DNA of 32,000 nt from Alkalilimnicola ehrlichii MLHE-1 (GTDB lineage Bacteria > Pseudomonadota > Gammaproteobacteria > Nitrococcales > Halorhodospiraceae). The notes under the pieces were generated by a model. The model searched no databases. It saw only the letters and a list, made by a program, of their open reading frames with translations, and was not told the DNA's origin. Both the position numbers and the translations under genes were made by a program. Numbering within the stretch: position 1 is the stretch's first letter; every line of letters starts with the position of its first letter. Below are positions 1-9,531 of the stretch, piece after piece. The stretch spans positions 600,001-632,000 of the forward strand of contig NC_008340.1 in assembly GCF_000014785.1 (NCBI RefSeq), in the 5' to 3' direction.

Positions 1-25
1 CCGCAGGCGGCGGACGTTTAGCGCC

Positions 26-820
26 ATGGGCGACGCTGGCCGCGACGCCCGCCGGTACCAACGGCTGCGGCAGATGGGGGTTGATCTCTATGTGCCGCGG
101 CCGGGGGCGGGGCCGCAGGTGGCGGATGCCGTTCCGGCCGGGCCGGACCCGGTGCGGGATGGGGCGCCAGAGCCCGGGCCGGCGCCGGCGGACGTGGTCA
201 CGGCGCCCCCCGCGGCGGAACCGGCCGCTGCCTCCGAGGCGGACCCCACCAGCGGTGACGTGGCGCGGCTGAACTGGGCCGCTCTGGAAGACCGGGTGGC
301 CGGGTGCCGCCTGTGCGGGCTCTGTGAAGGGCGCCGTAACACCGTCTTCGGGGTGGGCAGTCGGCAGGCGGATCTGGTCCTGGTGGGCGAGGGGCCCGGG
401 GCCGAGGAGGATAAGCGGGGCGAGCCCTTCGTGGGCCAGGCCGGGCGCCTGTTGGATCGCATGCTGGCCGCCATCGGCCTGGATCGCTCCCGGGTCTACA
501 TCTGCAACGTGGTGAAGTGCCGGCCGCCGCGCAATCGCGACCCGCGGCCCGAGGAGGTCGCGGCGTGCCGGCCTTATCTGGAACGTCAGCTCACCCTGCT
601 GGAGCCACGCTTGATCGTCGCCCTGGGCCGGGTCTCCGCCCATCAGCTACTCAATGTCACCACGCCGCTGGGGCGGCTCCGGGGTGGGCTGCATCGCTAT
701 GCCCCGGTGGATGTCCCCTTGCTGGCCACCTATCATCCTGCTTACCTGTTACGTAACCCCGCGGACAAGGCGAGGGCCTGGGAGGATCTCAAGCGTATCC
801 GCCGGATCCTGGCGGAATAG
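26..820 (+). CDS. Family-4 uracil-DNA glycosylase (4Fe-4S, SPO1 DNA-polymerase-related type) with an ~80 aa N-terminal extension
   Basis: ORF 26..820. Family-4 UDG motifs are readable in the translation: CRLCGLC, GEGPGAEED, FVGQAGRLL, ICNVVKCRPPRNRDP, YHPAYLLR. The frame stays open to the window edge, so ATG 26 is only the first in-window start. Confidence 0.85.
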   Translation: MGDAGRDARRYQRLRQMGVDLYVPRPGAGPQVADAVPAGPDPVRDGAPEPGPAPADVVTAPPAAEPAAASEADPTSGDVARLNWAALEDRVAGCRLCGLCEGRRNTVFGVGSRQADLVLVGEGPGAEEDKRGEPFVGQAGRLLDRMLAAIGLDRSRVYICNVVKCRPPRNRDPRPEEVAACRPYLERQLTLLEPRLIVALGRVSAHQLLNVTTPLGRLRGGLHRYAPVDVPLLATYHPAYLLRNPADKARAWEDLKRIRRILAE

Positions 821-848
821 CCCTGTGCCCGGCCCATCGGAGGCGCCC

Positions 849-1334
849 ATGGTAGCCGTCGTTGCCCCCCGGCCCGGAAGGATCCGGGCGATGATTGAGG
901 CGGATCTCCCCGAAGTGGTGCAGGTGGAGCAGCGCTCCTATTCCTGGCCGTGGTCCTACGGCATCTTCCGCGACTGCCTGCGCGCCGGGTATCCCGGCTG
1001 GGTCTATGTGCGGGGCGGGCATATCGTGGGCTTCGTGCTGATCTCGGCGGTGGCCGGAGAGGGCCATATCCTGAACCTATGCGTCAGTCCGGAGGTGCGC
1101 CGGGAGGGGGTGGGGCAGGCGCTGCTGGAACGGGTGATCGCGGATGCCCCCACCTTCGAGGTGCAGGAGCTCTTCCTGGAGGTGCGACCCAGCAACAAGG
1201 GCGCCCAGGCTCTCTACCGCTCGGCGGGCTTCGAGCGAATCGGGCGACGCCGCGGCTATTACCCGGCTACCGGGGGGCGGGAGGATGCCCTGGTGCTGGC
1301 GCGGCTGATCGAGGGGCCGGGCGGTGGGGCGTGA
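849..1334 (+). CDS. rimI: Ribosomal-protein-alanine N-acetyltransferase RimI (GNAT)
   Basis: Frame of ORF 654..1334. GNAT core HILNLCVSPEVRREGVGQALL and LEVRPSNKGAQALYRSAGF. ATG 849 (alternative ATG 891) gives a RimI-like length. The upstream part of the ORF overlaps the UDG gene and is discarded. Confidence 0.8.
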   Translation: MVAVVAPRPGRIRAMIEADLPEVVQVEQRSYSWPWSYGIFRDCLRAGYPGWVYVRGGHIVGFVLISAVAGEGHILNLCVSPEVRREGVGQALLERVIADAPTFEVQELFLEVRPSNKGAQALYRSAGFERIGRRRGYYPATGGREDALVLARLIEGPGGGA

Positions 1335-1338
1335 GCGG

Positions 1339-1530
1339 ATGGGCTGGTGGCAGGTCCTGATGAGCACCCTGGCGGCGGCCTTCGGGGTGCAGACCGAGCA
1401 GGCCCGGCGGCGCGATTTTACCCAGGGGAGCCCCTGGTTGTTCATCGCCGCCGGCGTGGCCTTCACGCTGGTCTTTATCCTGGTTCTGGTGCTGATCGTC
1501 CGGGTAGTGCTCGCCAGCGCCGGGGCTTGA
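1339..1530 (+). CDS. Small membrane protein, DUF2970-like
   Basis: Frame of ORF 1324..1530, with ATG 1339 just after the rimI stop. The pattern LAAAFGVQ..RRRDF..G followed by one hydrophobic helix (FIAAGVAFTLVFILVLVLIV) matches my recollection of DUF2970. Confidence 0.55.
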   Translation: MGWWQVLMSTLAAAFGVQTEQARRRDFTQGSPWLFIAAGVAFTLVFILVLVLIVRVVLASAGA

Positions 1531-1591
1531 GCCCGGTGGGCAGCGTCGCCCTGACGCGACCCGCCGCCTCAGGCTCGGCCCGGTATGCCGC

Positions 1592-4345
1592 TCAGACCCG
1601 GGCGATCTTCTCGCGCTGGGTCTCGATCTTCTCCAGGGCGGAGCGCTGGTCGGCGAGTTTGTCGCGCTCCTTCTGGACCACCGCCTCCGGCGCCTTGGTG
1701 ATGAAGTTCTCGTTGCCCAGTTTGCCCTCCAGGCGCGCCACCTCCTTTTGCAGGCGCTGGCGGGCCTTGTCCAGGCGGGCCAGCTCGGCGTCCTTGTCGA
1801 TCAGGCCGGCCATGGGTACCAGGAGCTGCATGTCGCCCACCAGGGCGATGGCGGATTCGGGCGCCTCGCCGGTGACCTCCTCGATGGACTCCAGCCGGGC
1901 CAGGGTCTTGAGGAAGGCGTCGTAGTTCTCCAACCGGGCGCGGTCCTCGGGGGCGGTGTTCTGCAGCAGCACCGGTAGTGGCTTGGCCGGTGACAGATCC
2001 ATCTCGCCACGGATGCGGCGCACGCCCAGCACGAACTGCTTGATCCAGGCGATGTCCGCCTCGGCGGCGTTGTCCACCAGCCCGGCCTCGGCCACCGGGT
2101 AGGGCTGGGTCATGATGCTGTCGCCCTGCTTGCCCGCCAGCGGCGCGATTTGCTGCCAGACGGCCTCGGTGATGAAGGGCATGATCGGGTGGGTGAGCCG
2201 CAGGACGGCCTCCAGCACCCGTACCAGGGTGCGGCGGGTGCCGCGCAGCAGGGCCGGGTCGTCGGACTGGTTGAGCACCGGCTTGGACAGCTCCAGGTAC
2301 CAGTCGCAGTACTCGTCCCAGATGAACTCGTGGATGGCCTGGGCGGCCAGGTCCAGACGGTAACCGTCCAGTGCCTCGCGCACCCGCAGCTCGGTGCGTT
2401 GGAGCTGCGAGATGATCCAGCGGTCGGCCACTGTGAGCTTCACGTCCTCGGCGGCCACCCCGGTGTCGTGGCCCTCGGTGTTCATCAGCACGTAGCGGGC
2501 CGCGTTCCAGATCTTGTTGCAGAAATTGCGGTAGCCCTCAGCACGGCCCAGGTCGAAGACCACATCGCGGCCGGTGGTGGCCAGTGAGGCGAAGGTGAAG
2601 CGCAGGGCGTCGGTGCCGTGGGCGGGGATGCCGTCCGGGAACTGCTTGCGGGTGGCCTTTTCGATCCGCTTCGCCATCTGCGGCTGCATCAGCCCGCTGG
2701 TGCGCTTGGCCACCAGCTCTTCCAGCTCGATGCCCTCGATGATGTCCAGCGGGTCGAGGACGTTGCCCTTGGACTTGGACATCTTCTGCCCGTCCGGGTC
2801 GCGCACCAGGCCGTGGATGTAGATCTCCCGGAAGGGCACGTCGTCCATGAAGTGCAGGCCCATCATGATCATCCGGGCGACCCAGAAGAAGATGATGTCG
2901 AAGCCGGTGACCAGCACCGAGGTGGGGTAGAAGGTGCGTAGCGCCTCGGTTTCGTCGGGCCAGCCCAGGGTGGAGAAGGGCCAGAGCGCGGAGCTGAACC
3001 AGGTGTCCAGCACGTCCTCGTCCTGGTGCAGCGGCACGTTGCCCAGGTTGTGCCGTGCGCGCACCTCCTCCTCGGTGCGGCCCACGTAGACATGGCCTTC
3101 GGCGTCGTACCAGGCGGGGATGCGGTGCCCCCACCAGATCTGGCGGCTGATGCACCAGTCCTGGATGTTATTCATCCACTCGTAGTAGGTGCGGTCCCAG
3201 TTCCCGGGGATAAACCGGATGCGGCCCGCTTCCACCGCCTCGATGGCCGGCCGGGCCAGCGGTTCGGCGCGGACGTACCACTGGTCGGTGAGGAAGGGCT
3301 CCAGCACGGCGCCGCTGCGGTCGCCGCGCGGCACCATCAGTGTGTGGTCCTCCACCTTCTCCAGCAGGCCCAGTTCATCCAAGTCGGCCACGATGCGCTT
3401 GCGCGCCTCGAACCGGTCCAGCCCCTGGTAGGCCTTGGGCGCGTGCTCGTTGATGGCGGCATCCGGGGTGAGGATGTTGATCTTCGCCAGGTCGTGGCGC
3501 TCGCCCACGGCGTAGTCGTTGAAGTCGTGGGCCGGGGTGATCTTGACGCAGCCGGAGCCGAATTCCGGGTCCACGTAGTCGTCGGCGATCACCGGGATCT
3601 GACGGCCGGTGAGCGGCAGGTCCACCGTCTTGCCCACCAGGTGCCTGAACCGCTCGTCCTCCGGGTGCACCGCCACGGCGGTGTCGCCGAGCATGGTCTC
3701 CGGCCGGGTGGTGGCCACCACCACGTGGCCCGAGCCGTCGGAGATCGGGTAGCGCATGTGCCAGATGTGGCCCTGTTCCTCCTGGCTGGTGACCTCCAGG
3801 TCGGAGACGGCGGTGTGCAGCACCGGATCCCAGTTGACCAGCCGCTTGCCCCGGTAGATCAGGCCGTCCTCGTAGAGCCGCACGAAGACCTCGCGCACCG
3901 CACGGGACAGCCCCTCGTCCATGGTGAAGCGCTCGCGGGACCAGTCCACCGACGCCCCCATGCGCCGCAGCTGGCGGGTGATGGTGCCGCCGGATTCCGC
4001 CTTCCATTGCCAGACCCGCTCGAGGAACTTCTCGCGGCCCAGATCGAAGCGGGACTTGCCCTCGGCCTCCAGCTGGCGCTCCACCACCATCTGGGTGGCG
4101 ATGCCGGCGTGGTCGGTGCCGGGCTGCCAGAGGGTGTTGCGGCCGCACATGCGCTGGTAGCGGATCAGCGCATCCATGATGGTGTCCTGGAAGGCGTGGC
4201 CCATGTGCAGCGTGCCCGTCACATTGGGTGGCGGGATCATGATGCAGTAGGGCTCACCCTCGCCGGAGGGGGCGAAATGCCCGTGCTCTTCCCAGTAGGC
4301 GTACCACTTTTCCTCGATGGCCTGCGGCTGGTAGGTCTTTTCCAT
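1592..4345 (-). CDS. valS: Valine--tRNA ligase
   Basis: 917 aa ORF. Class I HIGH-type motif [19 protein letters not shown] motif (QKMSKSKGN), and a C-terminal coiled coil typical of ValRS. Confidence 0.97.
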   Translation of the reverse strand: MEKTYQPQAIEEKWYAYWEEHGHFAPSGEGEPYCIMIPPPNVTGTLHMGHAFQDTIMDALIRYQRMCGRNTLWQPGTDHAGIATQMVVERQLEAEGKSRFDLGREKFLERVWQWKAESGGTITRQLRRMGASVDWSRERFTMDEGLSRAVREVFVRLYEDGLIYRGKRLVNWDPVLHTAVSDLEVTSQEEQGHIWHMRYPISDGSGHVVVATTRPETMLGDTAVAVHPEDERFRHLVGKTVDLPLTGRQIPVIADDYVDPEFGSGCVKITPAHDFNDYAVGERHDLAKINILTPDAAINEHAPKAYQGLDRFEARKRIVADLDELGLLEKVEDHTLMVPRGDRSGAVLEPFLTDQWYVRAEPLARPAIEAVEAGRIRFIPGNWDRTYYEWMNNIQDWCISRQIWWGHRIPAWYDAEGHVYVGRTEEEVRARHNLGNVPLHQDEDVLDTWFSSALWPFSTLGWPDETEALRTFYPTSVLVTGFDIIFFWVARMIMMGLHFMDDVPFREIYIHGLVRDPDGQKMSKSKGNVLDPLDIIEGIELEELVAKRTSGLMQPQMAKRIEKATRKQFPDGIPAHGTDALRFTFASLATTGRDVVFDLGRAEGYRNFCNKIWNAARYVLMNTEGHDTGVAAEDVKLTVADRWIISQLQRTELRVREALDGYRLDLAAQAIHEFIWDEYCDWYLELSKPVLNQSDDPALLRGTRRTLVRVLEAVLRLTHPIMPFITEAVWQQIAPLAGKQGDSIMTQPYPVAEAGLVDNAAEADIAWIKQFVLGVRRIRGEMDLSPAKPLPVLLQNTAPEDRARLENYDAFLKTLARLESIEEVTGEAPESAIALVGDMQLLVPMAGLIDKDAELARLDKARQRLQKEVARLEGKLGNENFITKAPEAVVQKERDKLADQRSALEKIETQREKIARV

Positions 4346-4499
4346 GTATCCGGTCTGATCCGATTGGGTTGGGGGCTTGGAAAACTCGTTATCTTACCGC
4401 AGTTTCCGCTAACGCGCAGGGCAGCGCCCGGGCATCCGGGGTCACCGGGCGGTTTCCGTTCCGCCCGCCTTACCGGGCCTCAGTGGGTGGTGGGGGCGG

Positions 4500-5033
4500 T
4501 CAAAGGGCCTTTTCCGCGATCACGAAGGCGGGGTCGTCCGGATCCTGTCGGATGTTGAAGCCCAGTAGCACGGCCAGATGGATCATGCCCCGGTTGTCGC
4601 GGGCGATGGTGCCATAAACCCGTTCATAACCGGCCTCTGCCGCCGCCTGCAGGGCCATGCGCAGGGCCGCCTGGGCCAGGCCCAGGCCACGGACCTCGGG
4701 GCGCAGCGAGACTGAGAACTCGCAGTCACGGCCATTGGCCTCTCCGGTGATGCGGGCGCCGCCCACGATCTCCCCGGCCAGACCGTCCTGCCCCTCCAGC
4801 ACCAGGCAGAAATCCCGCGCCAGGTCCGGGTTGCAGAAGGCCCGTGCCGCGTCCTCGCTCAATTCCGGCACGGCATGCAGCATGCGGAACCAACGCTCCT
4901 GGGGCGACAGGGCCTGGTAGCCGCGCATCAGCGATGGGGCGTCGCTGGGGCGGATGGGCCGCAGGAGATAACGTTGTCCGTCCTTGGCTTGCACCTCCCG
5001 TTCTTGCAGTGACTTTGCTACGCGTTGGGTCAT
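4500..5033 (-). CDS. GNAT family N-acetyltransferase, Pat/YfiQ C-terminal-domain-like (possible protein acetyltransferase)
   Basis: 177 aa ORF. YLLRPIRPSD...LSPQERWFRM resembles the Pat-type GNAT N-terminal signature, and the acetyl-CoA loop is RPEVRGLGLAQAAL. Good SD (GGAGGA, 6 nt before the ATG). Confidence 0.7.
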   Translation of the reverse strand: MTQRVAKSLQEREVQAKDGQRYLLRPIRPSDAPSLMRGYQALSPQERWFRMLHAVPELSEDAARAFCNPDLARDFCLVLEGQDGLAGEIVGGARITGEANGRDCEFSVSLRPEVRGLGLAQAALRMALQAAAEAGYERVYGTIARDNRGMIHLAVLLGFNIRQDPDDPAFVIAEKAL

Positions 5034-5216
5034 GCGGGTTCCTCCGGAAACGCCCTGGTCATCGTTCGGTTATGGGTATGAGGCGGCTCGCCACATCAAA
5101 CTCGCCCCTGAACGAGGACGGTGCACCCCTCATCGTATGTAGTATGGAAGGAAACCACCAGGTGCTGCGCCCCCTTAGAGGCAAGGGGATGGTTGCCTGT
5201 CCGAGGATTGGTGAGG

Positions 5217-5657
5217 TCAGCGCACGTCATGCTTTTCCGGCGTGACACCGGCCTGCTGGTAGGTGCGGAAGTGGCTGCGGGTGGTGTGCAGAATCTCCGG
5301 ATCCTGCACCACCACCTCGAACACACGGCCGAATGCCGTCCACTCCGGCGGGATGTCCGCGGCCAGGTTGATCAGCAGGGCGTCGGGCCGCGGCTCGGGC
5401 CGGTCGCCGATCACCACCGGCTCATCCTCGGCCTCCGCCTGCACCGCGTGGGGGATGAAGCTCTCCTTGCGGAAGGTCCACAGCAGGGTGTCCAGCCGGC
5501 GGGCCTGCTGCGGGTCATGCACCTGGATATGGATATGCCGGACGCCGTGCTCGAGCCCCTTGGCCACCAGCTCACAGGCAAAGCGCTCCCGCTGAACCGG
5601 GTCGGTGGCGCGGTTCAGCACGTAGAAGCGCACCAGCGGTTGCGGCTGCCCACTCAC
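5217..5657 (-). CDS. holC: DNA polymerase III subunit chi
   Basis: C-terminal 146 codons of ORF 5217..5981. VRFYVL..., RRLDTLLWTF..ESFIPH matches the HolC pattern (E. coli FYLL..., RLDEALW...SFVPH). GTG 5657 lies 1 nt after the pepA stop; alternative GTG at 5633. Sits in pepA-holC-valS synteny. Confidence 0.85.
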   Translation of the reverse strand: MSGQPQPLVRFYVLNRATDPVQRERFACELVAKGLEHGVRHIHIQVHDPQQARRLDTLLWTFRKESFIPHAVQAEAEDEPVVIGDRPEPRPDALLINLAADIPPEWTAFGRVFEVVVQDPEILHTTRSHFRTYQQAGVTPEKHDVR

Positions 5658-5658
5658 C

Positions 5659-7152
5659 TCAGGCCCCGGCCCGGTCCATGAGGTACCGGGTGAGCAGCGG
5701 CACCGGCCGGCCGGTGGCGCCTTTCTGCTCACCGGTGAGCCAGGCGGTGCCGGCGATATCCAGGTGGGCCCACTGGTAGCGCTTGGTGAAGCGGGCCAGG
5801 AAGCTGGCGGCGGTGATGGTGCCGGCCGGTCGCCCACCGATGTTGGCCATGTCGGCGAAGTTGCTCTTGAGCTGCTCGTCGTACTCCGGGTCCAGGGGCA
5901 GTTCCCAGCATTTGTCGCCGCTGGTCTCACCGGCATCCTGCAGGGCCTTGACCAGGGGCGGATGGTTGCCCAGCACCGCACTCCGGTGGTGACCCAGGGC
6001 GATGATGCAGGCCCCGGTGAGGGTGGCGATGTCGACGATCTCCTTGGGCTTGAAGCGCTCGGACCAGGTAAGGGCGTCGCACAGCACCAGCCGGCCCTCG
6101 GCGTCGGTGTTGAGCACCTCCACTGTCTGCCCGGACAGGGTCTGGATAATGTCCCCCGGGCGGGTGGCCTTGCCGTCGGGCATGTTGTCGCTGGCCGGCA
6201 CCACGCCCACCACGTTGATGGGCAGGTTCATCTCGGCCACCGCCTGCAGGGTGCCGAACACGCTGGCGGCGCCGCACATGTCGAACTTCATCTCGTCCAT
6301 GGCCGCCCCGGGTTTCAGGGAGATGCCGCCGGTGTCGAAGGTGATCCCCTTGCCCACCAGCACGTAGGGCTGCTCGTCCTTCTTGCCGCCGTTCCACTCC
6401 ATGGCGATCAGGCGCGGCTCCTCCTGGCTGCCCTGGGCCACCGCCAGCAGCGCGCCCATGCCCAGCTTCTTCATGTCCTTGCGGTCCAGGCTCTGCACCT
6501 TGAGTTTGTCGAACCGCTTGCCCAGCGCCTTGGCCTGGTCGGCCAGGTAGCTGGGGGTGCAGACGTTACCGGGCAGGTTGCCGAGGTCGCGGGCCAGGCT
6601 CATGCCCCGGCCGACCGCCATCCCCTGCGCCAGGGCCTCATCGGCGACTTTGGCCTCGGCCTTGTCCGCCACCCCCAGGGCGAGCTTCTTCAGCGGCTTC
6701 CTGGGCGTTTCCGCCTCGCTCTTCATGTCGTCGAAGCGGTAGAGGGCGCCGGTCACGCCGATGGCGAGCTGCTGGACCCGCCAGGCCAGGTCGCGGGTCT
6801 TCACCTCGACCTCCGGCAGGTAGAAGGTCGCCTCACCGGCGCCGCAGTCCTGCGCCGCCTGGGCGGCGGCGGTGACGGCCTTGCGGTAGGTGCGCTCGTC
6901 CAGGTCGCGCTCCACGCCCAGGCCCACCAGCAGAACCCGGGCGGCCTTGACGTTGTCCAGATCGGTGAGCAGGCGGGTCTGACCGGGCTTGGCCTCGATA
7001 TCGCCCCGCTTCAGGGCCGCGGTTATGGCGCCGCCGCTGGCCTCGTCCACGGCCTTGGCGGCAGGGGACAGGCGGCGGCGCTCGAACACGCCCACCACGG
7101 CGCAGGGGCTGCTGACGGTATCGGCGGTCTTGCTCTTGACGGTGTGGTCCAT
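5659..7152 (-). CDS. pepA: Leucyl aminopeptidase (M17)
   Basis: 497 aa ORF. M17 signatures VGKGITFDTGGISLKP and NTDAEGRLVLCDAL. SD AGGGAG upstream of the ATG. Confidence 0.96.
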   Translation of the reverse strand: MDHTVKSKTADTVSSPCAVVGVFERRRLSPAAKAVDEASGGAITAALKRGDIEAKPGQTRLLTDLDNVKAARVLLVGLGVERDLDERTYRKAVTAAAQAAQDCGAGEATFYLPEVEVKTRDLAWRVQQLAIGVTGALYRFDDMKSEAETPRKPLKKLALGVADKAEAKVADEALAQGMAVGRGMSLARDLGNLPGNVCTPSYLADQAKALGKRFDKLKVQSLDRKDMKKLGMGALLAVAQGSQEEPRLIAMEWNGGKKDEQPYVLVGKGITFDTGGISLKPGAAMDEMKFDMCGAASVFGTLQAVAEMNLPINVVGVVPASDNMPDGKATRPGDIIQTLSGQTVEVLNTDAEGRLVLCDALTWSERFKPKEIVDIATLTGACIIALGHHRSAVLGNHPPLVKALQDAGETSGDKCWELPLDPEYDEQLKSNFADMANIGGRPAGTITAASFLARFTKRYQWAHLDIAGTAWLTGEQKGATGRPVPLLTRYLMDRAGA

Positions 7153-7308
7153 GAAACGCTCCCTTGTGGGCCCGGGCGGACGCGCGAACTCGCCAGGGCC
7201 GGCGGCCCTCGGTTACGCTTCGGCGCCCTTGATGGGTTAGTCACCGTGACTTCCGTCGAGTAGTCTAATCTGCGCAACGTCCCTTTTGCAGCCGTAGAGG
7301 CCCCGAGC

Positions 7309-8427
7309 TTGTCGCCCATCCGCATTCCCGTCGTCGATCGCTACCTGGTGCGCGAGGTGTTGTTCGCCTGGCTGGCGGTGCTGTTGGTGCTGTTCGCGGT
7401 GCTGGCGACCAACCGGCTGATCGGCTATCTGGGCGATGCCGCCGGTGGCGAACTGCCCGGTGGGGTCATCCTCACCCTGCTGGGCCTGCAGACGGTTCGC
7501 TATCTGGGCATGATTCTGCCCGCCAGCTTCTTTCTGGGCATCGTCCTCGCCTTTGGCCGGCTCTACCGGGACAGCGAGATGGCGGTGATGTCCGCCTGCG
7601 GGATCGGGCCCTGGCGGCAGTTTCGCGCGCTGCTCTGGTTGGCCCTGCCGCTGGCAGGGCTGGTGGGGCTGCTGTCGCTGTACTGGGGGCCGGCGGCGAC
7701 CCAGAAGGCGGAGCAGGTGCAGGCCGAGGCGGAGGCCCAGGTGGAGTTCGCCGCCCTGCAGGCCGGCCGTTTCCTGCAGGCGCGCGGGGCCACCGAAGGA
7801 ACGCTCTACCTGGAACGGCTCAGCGAAGACCAGCGCGAGATGGAGGACGTCTTCATCCGCGCCGGTGGCACCGCGGACCGGGTGGTCCTGGCGGCCCGGC
7901 GCGGGGTACAGGAGAAGGACCCGGAGACCGGTGACCGCTACCTGGTGCTGCTGGATGGCTGGCGTTACGACGGCCGACCGGGCGCTGCGGACTGGCGGGT
8001 GACCCGCTTCGAGCGCCACGGGGTCCTGGTGGCGGAGGGTTCGGAGGAGGTGGCCGTGCGCCTGCGCCGCAATGCTCAGCCCACCGCCGAGCTGTGGGGT
8101 TCCGACCATCCGGCCGACCGGGCCGAGGTGCAATGGCGGCTGGCGATGCCGGCCATGACCCTCCTGCTGGCGCTGCTGGCGGTGCCGCTCAGCAAGAGCG
8201 CGCCGCGGGACGGGCGTTACGGGCGCCTGCTCTCTGCCGTGTTGGTCTATGTGGGCTATTTCCAGTTTCTGACCGTGGGCCAGGATTGGCTGGAGACGGG
8301 CCAGGTCCCGGCTGCCCTTGGGCTCTGGTGGTTGCATGGGGCGGTGCTGGCCGTGGGCGTGCTGGGCCTGCTCTGGCGCTTCGACCTGCTGCCCGCGCGT
8401 GGCGGGCACAAGGGGCGGGCACCATGA
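7309..8427 (+). CDS. lptF: LPS export ABC transporter permease LptF
   Basis: 372 aa ORF with a TTG start. N-terminal DRYLVREVL motif, multiple TM segments, divergent from pepA as in E. coli. Its stop overlaps the lptG start (ATGA). Confidence 0.9.
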   Translation: MSPIRIPVVDRYLVREVLFAWLAVLLVLFAVLATNRLIGYLGDAAGGELPGGVILTLLGLQTVRYLGMILPASFFLGIVLAFGRLYRDSEMAVMSACGIGPWRQFRALLWLALPLAGLVGLLSLYWGPAATQKAEQVQAEAEAQVEFAALQAGRFLQARGATEGTLYLERLSEDQREMEDVFIRAGGTADRVVLAARRGVQEKDPETGDRYLVLLDGWRYDGRPGAADWRVTRFERHGVLVAEGSEEVAVRLRRNAQPTAELWGSDHPADRAEVQWRLAMPAMTLLLALLAVPLSKSAPRDGRYGRLLSAVLVYVGYFQFLTVGQDWLETGQVPAALGLWWLHGAVLAVGVLGLLWRFDLLPARGGHKGRAP

Positions 8428-9506
8428 TCCGGTTGCTGGACCGTTATCTGATCATCACCGTGGTGGCGAGCGCCCTGGTGGCGCTGGTGGTCATCATGTC
8501 GCTGGACCTGGTGTTCAGCTTCGTGGACGAGGGCGGGGATATCGGCACCGCCGATTACGGGCCGTTATCGGCCCTCGCCTATGTGCTGCTCAGTAGCCCG
8601 TCCCGGGCCTATGAGGCCTTTCCCTTCGCGACCCTTATCGGTGCGCTGATGGGGTTGGGTGCGTTGGCGGCGCGCAATGAGCTGACGGTGATGCGTGCGG
8701 CCGGTGTCTCGGTATTGCAGATCGCCCGGGCGGTGGCGGCTGGCGGCCTGGTGCTGGCGCTGATCGCCATGGCCATGGGCGAGTGGGTGGTGCCGCCGGC
8801 CGAGCGGGCGGCCACCGAGCTGCGCGCCAGCGCCATGGCCCGCGACGTCGGTATCAGCGGGGCCGGTGGCTTGTGGGCGCGGGACGGCGGCCAGTTCATC
8901 GAGGTGCGGCGGGCCCGCAGCCCGGCCCACCTGGAGGGGCTGACCATCTATCACTTCGAGGAGCGCGATGGCGAGCCGATGACCCTGCGTCGGGTCCTCT
9001 CCGGCAGCGAGGCGTTGTTTCGGGACGGCCGGTGGATCCTGCGCGAGCCGGGCGAGGTGCATCTGCACGCCGATGGCATCAGTGTCGCCGATCTGGGTGA
9101 CGAGAAGGTGTGGGAGAGCGCCCTGTCACCGGCGGTGCTGGATGTGGTGGTGGTGGATCCGGAAAGCCTGTCCATGGCCGATTTGCGCACCTACATCGGC
9201 TATCTGGAGGCCAACGAGTTGGACAGCGGCGAATGGCGGCTGGCCTTCTGGGTCAAGGTGGCCACCCCCATCTCCACCCTGGCCATGCTGCTGCTGACCA
9301 TCCCGCTGGTGTTCGGGGCGGTGCGCTCCACCGGGGCCGGGCAGCGCATCTTTATCGGGGTGCTGATCGGGGTGGCGTTCTTCCTGGTCAACCGCATGCT
9401 CAACCACGCCGGGGTGGTCTTCGGGCTGCCGCCCTCGGCCAGCGCCCTGCTGCCGGCATTCGCCTTCCTGGCCGCCGGTATCCTGGGGATTCTCAAGGTG
9501 CGCTGA
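8424..9506 (+). CDS. lptG: LPS export ABC transporter permease LptG
   Basis: Frame of ORF 8094..9506. ATG 8424 gives MIRLLDRYLIITV..., the canonical LptG N-terminus. The upstream extension overlaps lptF and is Arg/Gly/Ala junk. Confidence 0.9.
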   Translation: MIRLLDRYLIITVVASALVALVVIMSLDLVFSFVDEGGDIGTADYGPLSALAYVLLSSPSRAYEAFPFATLIGALMGLGALAARNELTVMRAAGVSVLQIARAVAAGGLVLALIAMAMGEWVVPPAERAATELRASAMARDVGISGAGGLWARDGGQFIEVRRARSPAHLEGLTIYHFEERDGEPMTLRRVLSGSEALFRDGRWILREPGEVHLHADGISVADLGDEKVWESALSPAVLDVVVVDPESLSMADLRTYIGYLEANELDSGEWRLAFWVKVATPISTLAMLLLTIPLVFGAVRSTGAGQRIFIGVLIGVAFFLVNRMLNHAGVVFGLPPSASALLPAFAFLAAGILGILKVR

Positions 9507-9531
9507 GACGGGCCCTTAGCGCCGCCCGCGA

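Noticed and set aside
654-848. Upstream part of the rimI ORF; also the 26339..26419 extension of hisZ, 17882..17929 of amiB, 15856..15879 of queG and 10197..10274 of pcnB
   Set aside because: The extensions overlap a neighbouring gene, a terminator T-run (hisZ), the tRNA-Glu gene and promoter (pcnB), or the divergent nnr start codon (queG). They add no conserved residues. Internal starts match homologue N-termini or signal peptides.
4500-5216. The GNAT as a TacT/AtaT-type acetyltransferase toxin of a toxin-antitoxin pair, tempting because it is next to valS
   Set aside because: There is no credible small antitoxin ORF (DUF1778/RHH type) upstream or downstream. The only candidate, 5096..5326 (-), overlaps holC and is Cys/Arg-rich junk. 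The N-terminal signature looks Pat-like rather than TacT-like.
5658-5981. An N-terminal extension of the holC ORF (254 aa version)
   Set aside because: It overlaps the pepA C-terminal coding region in another frame. HolC homology starts at VRFYVL, right after GTG 5657 / GTG 5633.
8094-8423. A 110-codon N-terminal extension of the lptG ORF
   Set aside because: It overlaps the lptF 3' end in another frame with junk composition. ATG 8424 reproduces the conserved LptG N-terminus (MIRLLDRYL) and is coupled to the lptF stop (ATGA).
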